Origin: Octopus bimaculoides
Taxonomy: Eukaryota
Length of the DNA: 64,000 nt
Direction of reading: 5' to 3'
Assembly: GCF_001194135.2 (NCBI RefSeq)
Contig: NC_068995.1
Location: 14,396,694 to 14,460,693 of the forward strand
Position 1 is the stretch's first letter. Each line of letters opens with the position of its first letter. Positions 50,180-62,305 of this stretch are shown here, in pieces. Made by a program: the position numbers and the translations under genes. The notes under the pieces were generated by a model that was given only the letters and a program-made list of their open reading frames with translations, had not been told where the DNA came from and did no database searches.

Positions 50180-52689
50180 GTATTTCCTATTTATACTCTT
50201 AGACATTCTTCCATTACACTGTGTAACAAAAATTTTTTTTGTCTTTGGTCAGTAAATATTATTTCCTATTTGCTTCTATCTAGAAATCAAAGGAAGAGAC
50301 TACTATTCCCTTCAAACTTTGCACTCGTGACCTGGACATCAATGTTTTGAAACTGACCTATTTTGCCATTACATTTCAGATAAATTCAGGACTGAGTTGC
50401 TGAAGCAGAAATATTCAATACCACAGATTTGCTTATCAGTTGCTTGACTTTAACCACTTGAGCATCTCTAATCATGAGCAGGAGTAGTGGAGAAGCCATG
50501 TGTTGAGAGGGATTCTTTGGGGTGTGAATAAATGTAACAAAAGTAAAGTTTGAAGGAAATATTAGCCATTTTCCATAATTTGTTGGGGTCAGCAAAGAGG
50601 AAATAACAGTTGCTACCCAAGGGCAAAAATTGTATTACACAGGGTCATTGTTGTAGTTGTCTGGCCTCAGGTTATCACCTGACTCAGCAGACCTGTCATC
50701 AAGGATGATCCAGCAATGGCCATCTGGTCTTTCTTTTGGATATTCCATATTTTATACTACATTATTTATTGTGTTCTCCAAAGCTATCCCCTCTCTACTG
50801 AAACCTCACTCAGTCAAAGTTGATTTTCATCTTGCAAGCTTCATGGCAACCTCACTGGTGCTTGTGCCACAGTAAAAAAAGCACCCAGTACACTCCATCA
50901 AATGGCTGACACAAGGAAGGCCATCCAGATGTAGAAGTCATGACAAAGCAGACATTGGAGTATGATGTAGTCCCTGGATCTGTCAAATATTGTCAAACTA
51001 TTCAACCCCTCCTTGCATGGAAGATGGATAAGATGATATTGCTGATAATGATGATGATTTAGGGTGTAATTTGAGGATATTTAGCTACAATTTCTTGTAA
51101 CGCAAATGATTATATAAAGCAGTTTTTCCCAATCTGATGTGCTAAAATTTATTTCATTTGGGTGCTGGAAATTCAAATTAAACTTCAATTGTTTTTGACT
51201 ACCACCACTACTGAGCATATAAGGAGGGTTTGTACCAGTTGAGTTGATTAGGCATTGAAGAAAGGTTGGATTAATAAAAAGTTAGGAAACACAAATGTAG
51301 AAGTTCCTTGTTTGGCTCAAGCTAAACAATGTTTTGTGTGTTGAGTTTGGGAATCTGTGTCAATGGTACACAAACTAGTTACATCTTTGGGTATGTACTA
51401 AATTATGAGTGTGAAGTATCTTGCCCACCTCAAAGTGCAGCTCTTGTTGCAGTGTTGTGGTTTCTATGCCTCAATGACCCTGAGAGCTATGTCATTGGAA
51501 TGCAAGCTCCTTGTTGGTCAGCCCATGCTAGACAAGTCAAAGGATAGAGGCCAGATTAATATGGATCACTGCTTCCTAGAGGTAAAAGTAGGTTTGCATA
51601 GGGCCAACACATCTACCTAGAAAAAAGCAAAGTTAGAGAAGCATCGATAATATTTCAAAACCAACAAGACCTGGGAGAGGACATCCACATTTGATGCCCC
51701 AAAGTTAAGAACAGTGAAGGAAAGTTGTCAATGGCCTATGCTCTAGAGGGAAGAAAGTGCTTAAGGAAGAAATACTTGTGCTATATTATTAGGGCAGTAG
51801 TAATTGTAATTAATGCATGCTGCTTCTGCTTGCCACACTTTTGCTTTCATCTACAGTTACCAGCTAGTCCAATTTATTGGAGTGAAAGAAGAACTGAGTA
51901 CATAAATATTTGGCTGATATGCAATCTCTCTACCATCAAGACATAACATCTGCACACAAGGTAACTGGGTACCTTGCAGTCCCAGGTTAAACTGTGAAGT
52001 ATCTTGAAACAGCAGTGAGCCTAAGAGAGGTGTGTAGGTTCACTACCTTGGTATCACTCAACCACTGTTCCAGTTATTGATGTATATAGAATATCCAGGG
52101 CAGATGGGGCTCAACTAGAATGGCAACCTATTAAGAAAAAGGTCATTCTGTTGCTGCTCTGTATTGGATGTCACCTGAAAATCCTTCTGGAGGACTGAGA
52201 TGGTTGGAGGTGCCACTGGAGGACTCCTCTGAAGACAACATAAATAAAAGCTAGCAATTTTGAGGAGTGGGGTTTAGTTGACCCCCAATATAAGACTGCT
52301 ATTTATTAAAAATTTTGGCACTAGGCCAGCAATAGTAAATTTCATCAAAAATTACCCATTTTTCTGAAAATTATGAGTAAAGAACTATGTCTCATGTGAA
52401 TTTTTTGGAACTCCTCACCCCACTCTCGGGAAAATTTTTTCACCACATATATTCCGATACAAACGGAATCTACACTATCTGACACGAATTTGTAGGAAAT
52501 TCCATTAAAAAATATCCATTTTTCTGGACGTTATGAGGAAACAGTTGAGGGCACACATGTGTAGGAATGCCAAATTTTGTCGTAACTAGCATAAAAATAA
52601 ATATTTATATGTGTGTGTGTGCGTGCACGCGTGAGTGCGTGTGTTGGCGATCTTCGGATGTAAATACAAATTTTTGCAAGATCGATAAT

Positions 52690-52995
52690 AAAACGAAAAC
52701 AATCTGAAAAAATACGAAAATATACTTTGGTATCCCAAGTAAGCGAAAGGAATATGCAAATGTTTAAAAGTCTCTTATTAAATCATTATTACAGATAATA
52801 TTTTTAATTACGGAACAGCTTAATTTTCTGCACTTTATGCTGGCATCGTAAAAAAAGAAAATTTCATTGTTTTGCTTTCAATCTACGGAGAAATCTGTAA
52901 TAATGACATTTAATGTGACAAACTTTTTCATTTTCGTTTCGCTTATTCGGGATACCCAAGAGCATTTTTATATTTTCCTGGATTGTTTTGATTTT
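52690..52995. repeat. Degenerate foldback element (~105-bp arms)
   Basis: GGTATCCCAAGTAAGCGAAA...TCATTATTACAGAT mirrors ATCTGTAATAATGA...TTTCGCTTATTCGGGATACC. Confidence 0.65.
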
Positions 52996-53255
52996 TAGCC
53001 TATATAGCGAATTAAATATGTGTGTGTGTTTATTATTTACTTATTTATTTACTTAGTGGGGTAAGCCCTTTAAATTTGTCATTTTCAACCTCATAATTAT
53101 TCTCAATCTTACCGTTAATCTCGATCACTGTCTCTCGATTACGTCATTGTCAACTTTAATTTCGTCACCGTCAACTTCGATTACGCCGTTGACTTGAAAT
53201 TTGCTATTGTCAACTTAAATTTAGTGTTTATTCGCCTCATTGTTCACCATCCATT

Positions 53256-53885
53256 ATGGTCAACGAGAAGAAGAAAATTTCAAATGATGTTAGAAGATTA
53301 ATCGTGTCAAATTATAATGAAGGTCGTACTGTAACTGAAATCGCTTCCAACTTAGTTATTCCTCGGACCAGTGTTCAAACTGTTGTTCAAATATATAAAC
53401 AGGAAGGACGTATCGAGCAAAAAAATCGAGGATGTTGTCAAAGAACTAAAATTTCGGAAGAAATGAAAAACTTCATGCGAACCTCAGTAGACAAAAAACG
53501 TCATATATCTTTAAGAATGCTGTCTAATATGGTTTTTGAACATTTTAATGTGAGTTTGTCAAAAACAAGCGTTGATAAGTGCCTTAAAAGTCTCAATTAC
53601 ACATTCAAAAGGTCTAATGGGATTTCTGAAAGAGCTTTAACTTCAGAAAACTTTACACAGAGAAATAATTATACAAGAAAACGTCAAAATCATTTGACAG
53701 AAAAGTGTTGGAGTAAAAATGCTCTTATTGATGAAGTTGGGTTCAACACTTACGCGAGATCTAAAAACGGTGGACGAAAAACTGGACAGTCTCCTGTGCA
53801 GAGAGTACATAGGTTGTGTACCCGAAATACAAGAGTATGTTGCACCACAAACAAAAATCAAGAAATAAAGAAAAGGTTACTCTGA
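53256..53885 (+). mobile_element. IS630/Tc1-like transposase N-terminal part (paired HTH plus first catalytic Asp), truncated
   Basis: 209-codon ORF: R.LIV..Y.EG.T..EIA..L.IPRTSV..VV..YK.EG.I, SL..L...V...FNV.LS.TSV...LK.L.YT.KR, IDEVGFN. No later D/E residues are visible. Confidence 0.8.
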
Positions 53886-55241
53886 TGTTATTTATTTTAA
53901 TCTTTGTCTAATTGTATAAATTGTCCAGTATGTAGTTTTTCATCTAATGAACTAAATATAGTATATATAGTTACAGTAATGTAAGATGTGGCAATTTTTA
54001 TTATGCAAAACCTGTAATTTTTTACTTTTTTTAAAACTTTTTTACTTGTTTCAGTCATTAGACTGTGGCCATGCTGGGGCACTGCTCAGAAGAATTTTTA
54101 GTTGAATGAATCAACTCCAGTACTTTTATTTTAAGCTTGCTACATATTTCATCAAACTCTTTTGCTGAACTGGCGAGTTATAGGGACATAAACAGACCAA
54201 CACCAGATGTCAAGCAGTGGTTGACTGAGATACAAACACACACACACACACATATGATGGGTTTCTTTTCAGTTTCTATCTGCCAAATCCACTCACAAAG
54301 CTTTGGTGAGCCCGAGGCTATGGTAAAAGACACTTGCCCAAGGTGCCACACAGTGAGACTGAACCTGGAACCATGTGGTTGGGAAGCAAGCTTCTCAACC
54401 ACATAGTCACACTTGTGTTACACTAAACTTTTTCATGTTTATGTTTTTCTTTTTCTCAATTAATTCTGTGACAAGTAATCACCGATAATAATGTTTGTTT
54501 ATAAAAATGAATTTGCTCCATTCTATGTTGACAATGATGAATTTGAAGTTGACATCGATGAGAACAAGATTAAAACTGTCTAATTTGGTGGTGATGGTGG
54601 TGGGGTCTTTATATATGTATGTGTGTATGGTGGAGGCGCAGTGGCCCAGTGGTTAGGGCAGTGGACTCGCAGTCATAGGATCGCGGTTTCGATTCCCAGA
54701 CCGGGCGTTGTGAGTGTTTATTGAGCGAAAACACCTAAAGCTCCACGAGGCTCCGGCAGGGGATGGTGGCAAACCCTGCTGTACTCTTTCGCCACAACTT
54801 TCTCTCACTCTTACTTCCTGTTTTTGTTGTGCCTGTAATTCAAAGGGTCAACCTTGTCACACTGTGTCACGCTGAATATCCCCGAGAACTACGTTAAGGG
54901 TACACGTGTCTGTGGAGTGCTCAGCCACTTGCACGTTAATTTCATGAGCAGGCTGTTCCGTTTATCGGATCAACTGGAACCCTCGACGTTGTAAGCGACG
55001 GAGTGCCATCACATGTGTATATTAATATATATGTATGTATACACACAAACACACATATAGATATATGTTGGGGTATTTGTATATTCATGTATATGAATAT
55101 AGATATGTATATGTACATATGTGTGTGTGTGTGTGTACATATATATATATGTATTTGTATATGTGTATGCATGTAGGAATTGTAATTGTTTAAAGAAGCT
55201 TCTTTCTGAATGTGTTTCTATGTTTCCATTATTTTCTTAAG

Positions 55242-55478
55242 TGATGAAAACGAACTTGTAACAAATCCTTCAATTAGCATCGAACGTAATGAAATAACCA
55301 GTCAAGGCTTATCAGAAGACCAACAGCAGCAACAACAACAGCATCAACAACAGCAACAGCAAGAACACCAACAGCAACAACTTACCTCTGCCAATATCAG
55401 CAATATGCCAGCATCCAGTGAAGCACCTCTTGTAATTTCGGTGGAAGAAGTTCAGGATTTTGAACTCCCAGATCAAAA
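55242..55478 (+). CDS. Fusion gene coding exon 7 with polyQ tract (DENELVTNPS...QQQQQQQHQQQQQQEHQQQQ...DFELPDQ)
   Basis: TTCTTAAG/GTAAAG junctions, phase 2/2. The Gln run mixes CAA and CAG codons. Confidence 0.7.
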
Positions 55479-55645
55479 GTAAAGTATTGTTGCTAACAAT
55501 TTTAATTTCTGTTTCTCTTGTTTTAACCAGAATCTTCTGTCCAGATGACTTTATCTCATCACCATCTCTGGTATTTGAAGATTTGCAGATACCAGGCACC
55601 AATATCTCTGAAGATATCTGAAGATTTGCAGTGTAGCATTATGTC

Positions 55646-55895
55646 CAAACTCCAGTATCATTGGTGTGTTGAAGACATGGAGTGGAGTGTGATATCAGAC
55701 TCCAGTATCATTGGTGTGTTGAAGATATTAAGTGGAGTGTGATATCAAATTTTAGTATCTCTGGTGTGTTGAAGATATGGAGTGGAGTGTGATATCAGAT
55801 TTTAGTATCTCTGGTGTGTTGAAGATATTAAGTGGAGTCTGACATCAGACTCCAATATCTCTGGTGTGTAGAAGGTATTGGGTGGAGTGTTATAT
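55646..55895 (+). repeat. 50-bp minisatellite, 5 copies
   Basis: Unit A(A/G)A(CTCC/TTTT)AGTATC..TGGTGTGTTGAAGA..T..AGTGGAGTGTGATATC. Confidence 0.9.
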
Positions 55896-56641
55896 CATCT
55901 GTTTGATGAAATGCTAAGTTACAAGGATGTAAACAAACCAACACTGATAGTCAAGTGGCGGTGGTGGTGGGGCAAGCACAAGTACAACCAGACATACATG
56001 CACACATGCATATATACAATAGGCTTCCACACAGTTTCATCTGCCAAAATCACTCACCAGGCATTGGTCAGTCTGGGGCTGTTGTAGAATACACTTACCC
56101 AAGGTGCTGAGCAGTGGGACTGAACCCAAAAACTACATGTTTGCAATGCAGGTTTCTTAATCACACAACTATACTTACACCTATGTTGATATATACATAT
56201 TATATATTCCCTCCTCTCTTAGGAGGTACAAGCACTTATACATGTACATATACGACCAAAACTTCCACCTACCAAATTCACTCATATGGCTTCGGTTGGC
56301 CCGAGGCTGTAGCAGAAGACACTTGCCCAAGGTGCCACACAGTGGGACTGAACCCGAAAACCATGTGGCCGGGAAGTAAGCTTCCTAACCACACAGCCAT
56401 GTTTGCAACGTATTGATTTCAAATTTTGGCACAAGGCCAGCAGTTTCAATGGAGGTGGGTAAGTTGATTACATCAACCCCACTACTCAACTGGTACTTAT
56501 TTTATCGACCCCGAAAGGATGAAAGGCAAAGTCAACCCCGGCAGAATTTGAACTCAGAATGTAAAGATAGATGAAATGCCACTAAGCATTTTGCCTGGTA
56601 TGCTAGTGATTCTGCCAGCTCACCGTCTCATATTATATATA

Positions 56642-56808
56642 CAGTTGTGGCCAAAAGTTTGGAACATCTTTTTTTAAAATTAAAATTGTTATGCCCAAGT
56701 ACAATTCAATCCAAATATATACAACATAGAGAGATACTTACCTAATAACTGATCCAGTGGCTCAATTCTAATTTTCACACCTATGTTCCAAACTTTTGGC
56801 CACGACTG
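56642..56808. mobile_element. Tc1-like MITE, 167 bp
   Basis: TA|CAGTTGTGGCCAAAAGTTTGGAACAT at the left and ATGTTCCAAACTTTTGGCCACGACTG|TA at the right. 26-bp TIRs with TA TSD. Confidence 0.85.
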
Positions 56809-56864
56809 TAGATATTATATATTTCTGTTGCTCTTATTTTGATTAATAATTATCTTAGTTTCAG

Positions 56865-56936
56865 GTACAATATTATGAATACTACAAATGAGCTGCAAGA
56901 AAACCCAACCAAGTTTGTTCCGAAAATCAAAACAAG
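56865..56936 (+). CDS. Fusion gene coding exon 8 (YNIMNTTNELQENPTKFVPKIKT)
   Basis: TTTCAG/GTGAGT strong junctions, 72 nt, phase 2/2. Confidence 0.7.
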
Positions 56937-57837
56937 GTGAGTAACTTCCATTGCTTTTTTTTCATCTTCACATTTTCTGTTGTTGCTGTCAAAAAAAAAC
57001 AAAACAAAAAGAACAACAACAAAAAAACATTGAGTGGTATTTATTATGGATTAAGAAGGGCATCCAGCCGTAGAAACCCTGCCACAACAGACAGTTAGTG
57101 TCTGCACAGCTCCCTGCTAGCCAGCTCCATGTCAAACTGTCCAACCCATACCAGCATGGAAAGTGGATGTTAAACAATGGTGATGATGATGATGACAGTG
57201 CTTTAAAAATGAAGCCAACATCATTGACTATGGTCATTGTTCTGCCACTAGGTCCAGTCCTTGTGTGGTGGCTTGCATGCCTCAACGACCCTAAGAGAAT
57301 TTCAGAATGTAAGTAGTCGTCTGAGTGACTAGGTGTGACTCATAGATCTGTTGAACAGGATATCCTATGCTTCTACTAGATGGAGGGCCACAACTTTACA
57401 CCCCACCATTCAGATATGAATAATGTAGAGTCCTGTTTTCCAGTTTGGACATATTATGTTCTCTCCACTGTTCAGTCTATATCAATGGCTAGCCCACATT
57501 ACCCTGTAAGGAGCATAGAGCAGGTTTCCTGTTTTTTCTGGCATATATATTCCTTCCTGGATAGGATGCTGCTCCATCGCAGGATGACTCATTTTTCACC
57601 AGCTGAGTGGACTGGAGCAATGTGTAATGAAGTGTTTTGCTCAAGAACACAATGCATTGCTCGGTCCAGGAATTGAAACCACAATCTTACGATCATGAGT
57701 GCAACACCCTAACCACTTAGCCATGTACCTCCACAGTTTATATCTATATATCTGTATATTTTGGTTGTTGCCACAGTAAAGATGGATATGGTAGGCTTAA
57801 TCAGAGCTCTTCATCTGCACACATATTGTTGATCATA

Positions 57838-58045
57838 GGCGGCGATCTAGCAGAAACGTTAGCACGCCAGGCAAAATGCTTAGCAGTATTTCATCTGCCG
57901 TTACGTTCTGAGTTCAAATTCCGCCAAGGTCGACTTTGCCTTTCATCCTTTTGAGGTCGATAAATTAAGTACCAGTAACGCACTGGGGTTGATGTAATCC
58001 ACTTAATCCCTTTGTCTGTCCTTGTTTGTCCCCTCTACGTTTAGC
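57838..58045 (+). mobile_element. tRNA-derived SINE family A; more than 15 copies in both orientations (e.g. 1900-2740, 3370-3595, 7265-7425, 17945-18365, 21830-22750, 39290-39805, 49375-49575, 56425-56625, 58865-59087, 62918-63410)
   Basis: Shared GGCGGCGAGCTGGCAGAAACGTTAGCAC head, GAGTTCAAATTCC B box and GCCTTTCATCCTTT.GGGGTCGATAAA core. Confidence 0.85.
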
Positions 58046-59974
58046 CCTTTGTGGGCAATAAAAAAAAAAAAAAAGAATGTTTGTTATTGTTCTGGTTTAG
58101 CCCGAAGTAGGCTTGATTTAACTGACCTATGATCAAAGACATTCCAGCCATGACCATTTTGTTTTCCCTTTTTTTTTTCATATTTCATCTAGGACTTCAT
58201 TATCCTGCATGTCTTTTCTTTTAATGATGATAGAGTGTGACTTGAGAGAATTTGGTTACTATTTCTAGTAGATTGAGCAACCTCATAGGGACTTTATAAG
58301 GTCCTGGTGAACTGAGTCTGTAACCTGACTTTAATTCCTGGTTGTTACCATTTCATTTAAATTTTACTCCTATTTCTTCCTAAGTCTGTTATGCGCCCTA
58401 GGACTCATAAGACCAGACCCAGTTGCCATGGCATATAATTAACTGAGATTACAACATTCACCCCAGAAGGGTTAATTTCCCATATATTGCTCGAACTCAC
58501 ATTACTGAGTAGGCCAGAGCAATGTGAAACGATTTACTCAAGAACAAAATGCATTACCCAGTCTGTGAATCAAAAGTACATCTTCCAGTTGTGAGAGTAA
58601 CACCCTCACTGTATGCCTTCCTTATTCCTACTGCCTTAGAAAAGACAAAACTTTAAAATCATGTAGAGTATATAAGCACAGTCATGACTGTGTGGTAAGA
58701 AGCTTGCTTCCCAACCATATGGTTCAGGTTTCAGTCCCACTGTGTGGCATCTTGGGCAAGTGTCTTCTACTATAACCTCAGACTGACCAAAGTCATGTGA
58801 GTGAATTGGGTAGACATAAACTGAAAGAAGCCCATCATGTATATATATGTGTGTTATTTCTTTACTACCCACAAGGGGCTACACACAGAGGGGACAAACA
58901 AGGACAGACAAACAGATTAAGTCAATTATATCGACCCCAGTGCGTAACTGGTACTTATTTAATCGACCCCGAAAGGATGAAAGGCAAAGTCAACCTCAGT
59001 GGAATTTGAACTCAGAATGTAGCGGCAGACGAAATACCGCTAAGCATTTCGCCCGGTGTGCTAACGTTTCTACCAGCTCGCCGCCTTAAATGTATATATA
59101 TATGTCATGTATATGTGTGTGTGTGTGTGTATGTATATATCTATGTGTGTCTTTGTGTCTGTGTTTGTCCCCACTCATGATTGCTTGACAACTCGTGCTG
59201 GTGTGTTTACATCCCTGTAACTTAGTGGTTCAGCATAAGAGACTGATAGAATAAGGTCTGGGCTTAAAAAGTGAGTCCTGTGGTTGATTGTTCAACTAAA
59301 ACCTTTCAAGGCAGTGCTCCAGCATGGCCACAATCATATGACTGGAACGAGTAAAAGAGTGAAAGAATATCTTCATATCTAACATAACATGGATGCCTTG
59401 TCAGAACAGTGAATACTTCGTTATCTTTTGGTATTAATACTGCTTCTGTAGCTAATAATCAATTATGTAGAGTATATTTAGTGAAGGCATATGGCTTAGT
59501 GGGTAGGCACATTCGGCTCACAATCATAAGGGCATGAGTTCAATTCCTGGTGGCATGTTGTGTCCTTGAGCAAGACACTTTATTTCACATTGCTTCAGTC
59601 CATCCAATAGGCAAAAATCAGTTGTACCTGTATTTCAAAGGGCCAGCCTTGTCCCACTCTGATTCACGCTGAATCTCTTTGAGAACTATGTTAAGGGTAC
59701 ACATGTCTGTGGAGTGCTCAGCCACTTGCACGTTAATTTCATGAGCAAACTGTTCTGTTGATCGGATCAACTGGAACACTCGTTATCATAAGTAATTGAG
59801 TCCCAGTTAGTTATATTAAGTATTGCACTCTGCTTCCCCCAACTGCTCTTAATTCTTAGATTTTTTAAAACATTGTAATCACAATGAATCTTCAGGCATC
59901 TTGTTGACAAATTCATAGCTGGGTGAAAACTGAATTTGACTTTATATATATTATTTTTTATTTGATTTTTAAAG

Positions 59975-60205
59975 GTTAAAGCATTGCCGAAGTGTTCGTG
60001 GACATGGCACTAATAAAAAGCCCAAAGAATGGATGAGAGAATATTGGCGCATTAAAAAGAGGGAATCTCGAGCTCGTCAAGATTATTGGAGAAAGCGTGT
60101 ATTACATGAGTCCATTCCAGGACAAGCAAGCACCACTGTTCCGACTGGAGAACCCATTTGTAACCAGGCTTTTGATATCAATACAAATATACCTTGTGAT
60201 GATGG
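59975..60205 (+). CDS. Fusion gene coding exon 9 with basic helix (LKHCRSVRGHGTNKKPKEWMREYWRIKKRESRARQDYWRKRVLHES...)
   Basis: T-rich AAG acceptor, GTAAGT donor, phase 2/2, 231 nt open. Confidence 0.8.
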
Positions 60206-60288
60206 GTAAGTAAGAAAAGTTACTTTTCACCTGTATAGTTCTGTATTAATTTAAACAAAGGTATTAATGATGAATGTTCCATTTACAG

Positions 60289-60505
60289 TCAACCAAACAA
60301 GAAAAATGTTCAGTTACATTCGCCACCAGCCTTGGTTCAACCACAGGCTTCTGTGGTGCCAACACCATCTCCAGTTCCAAAGCTACCAACCTACAAATTC
60401 CAGATGCAGCATCATCAGAGTTGTGTAATGACCCAACTTTATCAGATGTGGAAATCAAGGTTATTTTGCAATGCAGCAATTAGTAATGGAACTCATACAA
60501 TCTTA
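60289..60505 (+). CDS. Fusion gene coding exon 10: Pro-rich linker and BTB N-terminus (YKFQMQHHQSCVMTQLYQMWKSRLFCNAAISNGTHTIL)
   Basis: TACAG/GTAAGT junctions, phase 2/0. H...V...L..MW..R.FC(D/N) is the typical BTB/POZ entry motif. Confidence 0.85.
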
Positions 60506-61098
60506 GTAAGTTGTCAATTAGTTTTTAATTCTTATTTATGGGCCAAATAGAGTGATATAAATATCTTTCTCTATCATTTATTATCTTTTCTTCGTTACTG
60601 TCTTTGCTTATCTATTTGTGTCTTCTGTTGTATGTATTTTTCTCCATTTTCCTCATAACTCATCGTTATTTACTGTTTGGTCTAGAGACCTTATCATGTC
60701 TTGTTATTTGCAGTTGTTTATCATGTCTGCTCAGTTATACAGTAGTAGCCTATGGTGCTGACACTGCTGTGCTGACAAATTGTAGTGATATTTGGCCAAT
60801 AGATGATGATGGGGTTGAGCATATTTCATGTTCATCATGTGTTTTTTTTCCTGTCTTTCCATATGCTCCTTTGTCATATTCCTGTGACACATTTAATTTT
60901 CTGAATCTAGCAGCACATGAACAATATGTTATATGTATATATATATCCTCACACACATACATGTGTGTGTGTGTGCATACTTGTATACATATATGTTTAT
61001 TTTGCTGAATAGAAATAATGGTGCGATACCTTTCAGATAACACACCCTGCCTTCTCAAATAAACAATATGTTTCATGAGATAATGAGGACCTCTACGT

Positions 61099-61390
61099 GG
61101 TGCTTTTTATGTGCTACCAGCACAGGAGCCAGTCAGGTGGGCCTGGCATCGATCACATTCAGATAGTGCTTTTTATGTGCCACCGGCACAGGAACCAGTC
61201 AAGGGGCCCTGACATTGGCCACATTCAGATGGTTCTTATTACATACCACCGGCATGAGAGCCAATCAGGTGGCCCTGGCATCGATCACGTTCAGATAGTG
61301 CTTTTTACATGCCACTGGTACAGGAGCCAGTCAGAGGGCACTGGCATTGGCCACGTTTGGATGGTGCTTCTTATGTGCCACCGGGGCACT
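61099..61390 (+). repeat. 66-bp tandem repeat, ~4.4 copies, derived from the RTE-tail internal unit
   Basis: Unit GTGCTTTTTA.GTGCCACC.GCACAGGAGCCAGTCAG..GG.CCTGGCAT.G..CAC.TTCAGAT. Confidence 0.85.
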
Positions 61391-61546
61391 ACAAAAATGG
61401 TGAAGAATCATTGATATAGAGGATTCTTTATTTTGGTTTGTCTTGTACAGAATTGTGGCTTTATGCCTGTATGAAAAAAGATACAAAAAAAAAAAATCAT
61501 TATTTTCTTTGAAAGTAATTAATATCTCATATAATATCTCTTTCAG

Positions 61547-62305
61547 GTTCATCGAGATCTTCTTATTGCTACTTGTACCAAACTTCTGGAAATTCCAAAT
61601 ACTGATGCACTGAAAGGTGATTACCTACAGTTAACTTTTACCCCTGACATTCAAGAGGAAGCTCTCTGGGCCTTTTGTACCTATATGTACGAAGGAGTCC
61701 TGGTTTTAAATTCAGATATTCTATATAACATGGAGTGCATTGCTAAGATCCTTGGTGTATACAATATCTTGAGCCTTGTGGATCGATATAAACAATGTAC
61801 AATGGAAAACCAATCCAACACACCTTTGAAATCTTCAAATGAAGAACAGATAGATATATATTTTAACTACCAAATAACAAACAGATTTCAGATTGACAAC
61901 GACTGTGATGGAGGACCTAGCCAGCCAGGAATAAAGGTGAAACAAGAAACAGACCCGACTTCCTGTTCTTCGCAAAATACCGTAGCAGAGTCTCAGAATA
62001 ATTTAAACAAATCAGATTCTTTCCTGAACTACGAACATGTTGATAACAAAATGACATTAACGGGACTTCAATATCAGAAGACCATCTGTAATTTGTCACA
62101 AATGATAACGGGTATGATTAGTCACAATCAACCAGACTACAGTACGTCAATTGTGATTGAGGTGGAAGTTGATTCCATCATGTCCAACAGCTGTCCGAAC
62201 ATAAACACTCAATCAAACACTACTCTTTCTCCAGTCAGTTTGACAACAGTTTCTGGGGAACAGCTCCCCCTTGATTTACCACATACACAAATAAAAACTG
62301 AATAA
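61547..62305 (+). CDS. Fusion gene coding exon 11: BTB/POZ core (VHRDLLIATCTKLL...ALWAFCTYMYEGVLVL...IAKILGVYNILSLVDRYKQC) plus low-complexity tail and TAA stop
   Basis: TTTCAG acceptor, phase 0. The VHR..L.A.C, Y.Y.G.L.L and A..L.V..L BTB motifs are present. The stop overlaps AATAAA. Confidence 0.87.
   Translation, partial: VHRDLLIATCTKLLEIPNTDALKGDYLQLTFTPDIQEEALWAFCTYMYEGVLVLNSDILYNMECIAKILGVYNILSLVDRYKQCTMENQSNTPLKSSNEEQIDIYFNYQITNRFQIDNDCDGGPSQPGIKVKQETDPTSCSSQNTVAESQNNLNKSDSFLNYEHVDNKMTLTGLQYQKTICNLSQMITGMISHNQPDYSTSIVIEVEVDSIMSNSCPNINTQSNTTLSPVSLTTVSGEQLPLDLPHTQIKTE

Noticed and set aside
55646-55895. CRISPR-like array (also 9134-9275 and 61099-61390)
   Set aside because: The units are contiguous with no unique spacers, there are no cas genes, and the context is eukaryotic.
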